A stretch of DNA of 64,000 bases from Podarcis muralis (lineage: Eukaryota). A program made the position numbers and the translations under genes. Positions 59,137-64,000 of the stretch are shown here, piece after piece (position 1 is the stretch's first letter; each line of letters begins with the position of its first letter). Location: the NCBI RefSeq assembly GCF_964188315.1, contig NC_135659.1:13020001-13084000 (forward strand), given 5' to 3'. Below the pieces are notes generated by a model, which did not search any database, was not told the DNA's origin, and saw only the letters and a list, made by a program, of their open reading frames with translations.

Positions 59137-59176
59137 TCTATGTATCAGACATCTGATAGCTGGACCCAGCGTATCG
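59137..59176 (+). CDS. FIRRM: FIRRM exon 2
   Basis: SMYQTSDSWTQRI, compared with human SLSQHSDSWIEHI; 40 bp; GTAAGT donor. Confidence 0.88.
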
Positions 59177-59213
59177 GTAAGTAAATGCCGTGCAAACTTA
59201 AGTTAGATTTACT

Positions 59214-59377
59214 CAGTGCTTTTTTTCTGGGGTACGTATACCCCTAAACATTTTGTGAATCTTTGTACTTTTGTCCATTTACTGTATTTATTTTCCCCGA
59301 TTTGCACTATAAAATAGTGATTTTCTTCAGTCAAAAAGAGTACCCCTAAACATTTGTTTTAGAAAAAAAAAGCATTG
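59214..59377. mobile_element. hAT MITE
   Basis: TIR CAGTGCTTTTTTT/AAAAAAAGCATTG; TSD GATTTACT at 59206-59213 and 59378-59385. Confidence 0.87.
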
Positions 59378-59456
59378 GATTTACTTCCATGTTTGGTAGT
59401 GATTGTACAGGAAATGTCTCCTGCAGACATGAACATGGGATGCGGCCTAGTCACAT

Positions 59457-59915
59457 ACCGTATTTTTCGCCTAATAGGACGCACCGGCCCATAGGACGCA
59501 CCAAGTTTTTTGGGGGGGAAATAAAGGAAAAAAAAATTATCCCCCCCCAGGCGCTTGTGGAGCCGGCAGCGGGGAGAAGTGCTCTTCTCCCCGCCGCCAG
59601 CCTTCAGACCAGGTCCGGGGACAGCTGGAAGATGCGCTGCGCCTCCCCACTGTCCCCCGAGCTTGCGGTGCTGGCGGCGGGGAGAAGTACGTGTCTCCCC
59701 GCCGTCAGCCTCCAAACCACATCGGGAGACAGCGGGATGCCGGTATTCCGCCTCCCCGCTGTCCCCCGACCTTGTGGGGCTGGCGCTGGGGCTCTCCTGA
59801 AGCCTGGAGAGCGAGAGGGGTCGGTGCGCACCTGCATTCGCCCCATATGACGCACACACATTTCCCCTTCATTTTTGGAGGGGAAAAAGTGCGTCATATA
59901 GGTCGAAAAATACGG
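59457..59915. mobile_element. Tigger/pogo-like MITE
   Basis: TA|CCGTATTTTTCGCC...CGAAAAATACGG|TA. Confidence 0.87.
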
Positions 59916-60425
59916 TACACCTTGGTTGGCAAAATGCACTGAAATTGTGCCTCTTGGTTAGTTAGGAGTTTTGCCCCAAGAAAGAAGCCCCACTAATGTT
60001 GCATGACACAGTTTTGTTACGTCCTGCTGGGGAGCAGGGTAAGGGACTTGGTTTGGCACCTACAGCTTTTTTCCTAGTTTCCCACCACAATCGTTCTGCA
60101 CCAGAAACCAGCAGTTATTGCTTGCAGGTGTTCGGAAACTGCTTGATCCTTGGGTCCATCTTTGATACCTTTACTCTCTTTTTACAAGCTATAAAGATCT
60201 ATGGCTATAGTTTCAGTTCTCACAACGTTGAGTATGTACAGACAAGGCTTTGTGCAAACCAATGCCACAGAATAATGAGAATGGAGTATTATGGTAGTTG
60301 ATAAAACTAGTGTAACTCTTGAATTTTTGGGAAATTAACAATTTGTTTTAATATTAAATAAATGTGTTTTGTTAATGGGTCTTTTAGTATTATGCGTTTA
60401 CTTTCTTAATTTTTTTCATTCCCAG

Positions 60426-60514
60426 GTGTCTTAAGGATCTTGACAGAGCAATTTCTACCCCGCATCAATCTTTCTGAGCTGGAGCAAGCATTTTTCTCTA
60501 AAATACTACCAAAG
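60426..60514 (+). CDS. FIRRM: FIRRM exon 3
   Basis: (G)VLRILTEQFLPRINLSELEQAFFSKILPK, compared with human ILKIIVEMFLPHMNHLTLEQTFFSQVLPK; AG/GT. Confidence 0.92.
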
Positions 60515-61393
60515 GTATGACACTATTTTGAACCAGCAAGTGTGTGTTAAGAACTGCTGAGTATTCACACTTGCCTACTGTTATTTATATGCTTGAGCTA
60601 GTCTTCCAGAAGCATGTCATTTTTTTAAGATACATTTTTTATTTACTTGTTTTAATGGGAGCTTGGCTTGTGTCAGTGAGCACCTTGCTTTGAAGAGCAG
60701 CGCTAACAGATAGTAGATTTTACCACTGTTTTTCCCATTTTAGTTGAGAAAATGGGTCTATAAAATGGTTGATAAATGATTTGGCACTTCGGTAACAGTT
60801 TAGCATTGGCTTGTTTAAGTTAACAAAAAGGCCTCAATCTGCATTCTGAATTTACCTTAGTTATCTATAAAAATAAACTTCTGAATCTGGGGTTTTTGTT
60901 AACTAATGAAGAAAAAGGGTATGATTGCCAGATCCAGAAATTGTTGTACTTCTGGTTTGGACGAAATGTCAAAATAATTACAAAACCTCCATTCTATGGT
61001 TATTTATTTAGTCACTGCTCATAGGATGGTGTCAGTATAAACATAATGGATTTTTCAATGCTTCTCTGGGTGGCTAGATTATGGAAAAAGAAGAATTAAC
61101 CAAGATTGAAAATATGCTCAGTTATCTCAGAAGATTTGCAAGGCATTGTGAATTTGGATATTTCCAGGGTTGTCTGTTATCTCTTTAAATGGAGGTTCTG
61201 TATTTGACTGCCATGGCTAATCACACTGTACTCCCAGATTTCTTCTTGTACTTCCTAAAAGCCATCAAAGTTAATAATAACCATCCCAACATATGACAAT
61301 ACTGTGCAATTTGGTTGCATTTTATATTTAGAACACCAATACTGGGTTTTCTGTAGATATTATTTTAATTGAAGTCTATTTTTTTCCTAACAG

Positions 61394-61498
61394 ACAGTAC
61401 AATTATTTGATCTTTTGATATATGAATTATCCCACCAAGCCACAAGTGTAACAAGCCACAATGCAGAGTTACGTGAAACATTAAGAAACCATCTGCAG
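61394..61498 (+). CDS. FIRRM: FIRRM exon 4 (gene continues beyond the window)
   Basis: TVQLFDLLIYELSHQATSVTSHNAELRETLRNHLQ, compared with human TVKLFDDMMYELTSQARGLSSQNLEIQTTLRNILQ; 105 bp. Confidence 0.92.
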
Positions 61499-61639
61499 GT
61501 AAATCTACTGGAATTAGAACTAACAGCAGGAATGATACCTATTATATATATATATTCCACATTGTTGGCAGTATTTTGGGAGGGAGTATACCAGCATATG
61601 CATGGTAAATCATTTGAGGATTTGTGAGCATATGTTTGA

Positions 61640-63130
61640 TTCTATCGTACAAAGGTTGAACTTGATGCTACAACTGGTTCAGGTTTGTTGGAGATCCCTA
61701 GAGCATGGTCAGATTTCAGTTTATGGGATCAGTTCCAGTTGTTGTGGCCCAAGGATGTCAGCAGCACCTGCAACAGTGAGACTCCCAAGCGTCTTGATCC
61801 CTGCCCATCATGTCTGGTAAAATCCAGTAGGAGGGGATTGGCTGGATGGGTCCAGGGAGTGATTAATGTCTCACTATGAGAGGGAGTTAGCAGTGGTGGA
61901 TCCCTCCTGAATCCAGAGGTTTTAGGAAACTACCCTTCAGTCCCCAATATCCCCTTCCTGGGCAAGGTGATTGAGAGGGTGGTGGCCAGCCACCTGCAAG
62001 TATGCCTGGAGGAAGCAGATTATCTAGATCCATTGCAGTCTGGTTTCAGACCTGATTTTGGCACTGAAATATCCTTGGTTGCTGTGATTGCTTACCTTAA
62101 CCTCTCAATGACTTTTGCCCCCATTGACCCTGGTGTCCTGGAGTGATTCAAGAGGGTAGGAGTTGGAGGTACTGTATTTCATTGATTCAGCTGCTACCTG
62201 CAGAGTCACTATCAGAAAGCAGTACTAGGAGATTGTTGCGAGGTCCATGGCTTTGGGGCTGCGGGGTCCCTTAAGGGTCTCTGTTGTCTCCTATGCTATT
62301 TAACGTTTATATGAAACCACTAGCAGCTGTCATCTGGGGATTTGCAACTTGGTACCATCAGTATACTGATGGCAGATAGCTCTCTCTCTCTCCATTCCAT
62401 TGGAATCAGGAGAGGCTGTGAAGACTGGTGTCTGGAAGCAGTGATGGACTGGATATGAGCCAATATACTGAGGCTGAATTCTGATAAGACAGAGGTACTG
62501 TGGGGTGGTGTTACCCAGGTCCAGGAATTAGGTGTAAGACCTGCTCTGGAAAGGGTTGCACTCCACTGAAAGAATATGTTTGTAGTTTTGGAATATCCTT
62601 GGATTCCAACTTGTTAGTCTAGTCCCAAGTGACTTCTGTGGCTGGAAGTGCTTATGCCCAGCTTAGGCAGATTTGTCAGCAATGACCGTGTCTGAACCAG
62701 GATAGCTCGACTTCAGTTATCCATGCCCTGATGACCTCCCACCTGGAATACTGTAATGGAGCTGCGGTTAAAGACGATTTGGAGGCTGCAGCTAGTGCAC
62801 AATGTGGCTGCTAGACTTTTAAATGGAGCCTAATAGAAACATGTGCCACTGTTCCTGAAAGTACTGCACAGGCTGCCTGTGAGCTATTAGGCCCATTTCA
62901 GGGTATTAAGACAAAGCCCTGAGTAGCTTGGGACCTGAATACCTCCCCCATTATCAACCATCTTGGACCCTACAACCAGCAGGTAAGACCTTGTTGGTGG
63001 TGCCACAGCAGGGGGCTGCCTCCGGCATTGGCAGAGCCTTCTCTGTTGTGGTTCTGTTTTTGGATTGCCCTCACTGTTGCCTCTCTCCCTCATTATTGAC
63101 TTTCAGGAGAAATTTAAAAGCATTCTACTG
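61640..63130 (+). mobile_element. Degenerate L2 LINE (RT region)
   Basis: Remnants PFLGKVIERVVA, DPLQSGFRP..GTE and GVP.GS.LSP.LF, with many disablements. Confidence 0.82.
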
Positions 63131-63256
63131 CTGTCACAATTGCCATGTAGAGGAAGAGGAGTGTCCGTGGTGAAATGAAACCAACAAGCAGGGGTGGACA
63201 CAGTGTGACTTGCCTCCCCTCCCCTCCATCTCTTTGGATTTGTGGCAGCAATAGTA

Positions 63257-63875
63257 CAGTGGTACCTCGGTTTACGAACTTAATCCGTTCAGGAAGTCCA
63301 TTCTTAAACCAAACCGTTCTTAAACCGAGGTGTGCTTTCCCTAATGAGGCCTCCTGCCACCGGTGCCCTTCCACCATTCGGATTCCGTTCTTAGATCGAG
63401 GTAAAAAGGTAAAGGTTAAGGACCCCTGACAGTTAAGTCCAGTCGCGAACGATTCTGGGGTTGCAGTGGTCATCTCGCTTTACAGGCCAAGGGAGCCGGC
63501 GTTTGTCCACAGACAGTTTTTCTGGGTCATATGGCCAGCATAACTAAGCCGCTTCTGGCACAATGGAACACCGAAACCAGAGCAGCACACGGAAACGCCA
63601 TTTACCTTCCTGCCAGAGCGGTACCTATTTATCTACTTGCACCTTTTGGGGTGCTTTTGAACTGCTAGCTTAGCAGGAGCTGGGACCAAGCAATGGGAGC
63701 TCACCCTGTCACAGGGATTTGAACTGCCCACCTCCTGATCAGCAAGCCCAAGAGGCTCAGTGGTTTAGACCACAGGGCCACCCGCGTCTCAAATCAAGAC
63801 ACTATTTCTGATTTTGCGGCATTTGTAAACCAAATCGTTCTTAAACTGGACTGTTCTTAAACCGAGGTACCACTG
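63257..63875. mobile_element. Tigger-like MITE interrupted by a Sauria SINE (about 63404-63790, minus)
   Basis: TA|CAGTGGTACCTCGGTTT...AAACCGAGGTACCACTG|TA around a full SINE body. Confidence 0.88.
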
Positions 63876-64000
63876 TATTAAGGCAGGCTGCAATGCCATA
63901 GCCACTTCATTGCTGAGCTTAAGCCAGGCCAGTTTTTCAAACATTTTGAAAAGCTGGTTGCAGTGGCCGGAAAGAAGCCAGTTTTGGCATCTTTAATACT

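Overview
Eukaryotic (squamate reptile, most likely a lacertid lizard, judged from the Sauria SINE, Bov-B, L2 and Penelope repeat content) window syntenic to the human 1q24 selectin cluster. From left to right: (1) probable 5' exons of the next selectin (L-selectin by synteny; minus strand, about 93-400; low confidence); (2) a repeat-rich intergenic stretch; (3) a complete E-selectin gene (SELE, minus strand; 12 coding exons reconstructed, 609 aa, lectin-EGF-6xSCR-TM-tail) with a TATA/NF-kB/AP-1 promoter near 28.8 kb; (4) an intact three-exon PHPT1-like (14 kDa phosphohistidine phosphatase, Janus/Ocnus family) gene with its own CpG island, a 36-aa Gly/Ser loop and active-site substitutions, which the ORF track shows only in pieces; (5) METTL18 (single coding exon, minus strand); (6) the first four exons of FIRRM/C1orf112 (plus strand), whose first intron is a U12-type AT-AC intron containing a palindromic Penelope insertion with a minimal hammerhead ribozyme motif on each strand. 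Also present: a 34-nt truncated U2 snRNA retrocopy and many SINE, LINE and MITE insertions. Exons were translated by hand. Family assignments and human comparisons come from recalled sequences, not database searches. Many repeat boundaries are approximate.
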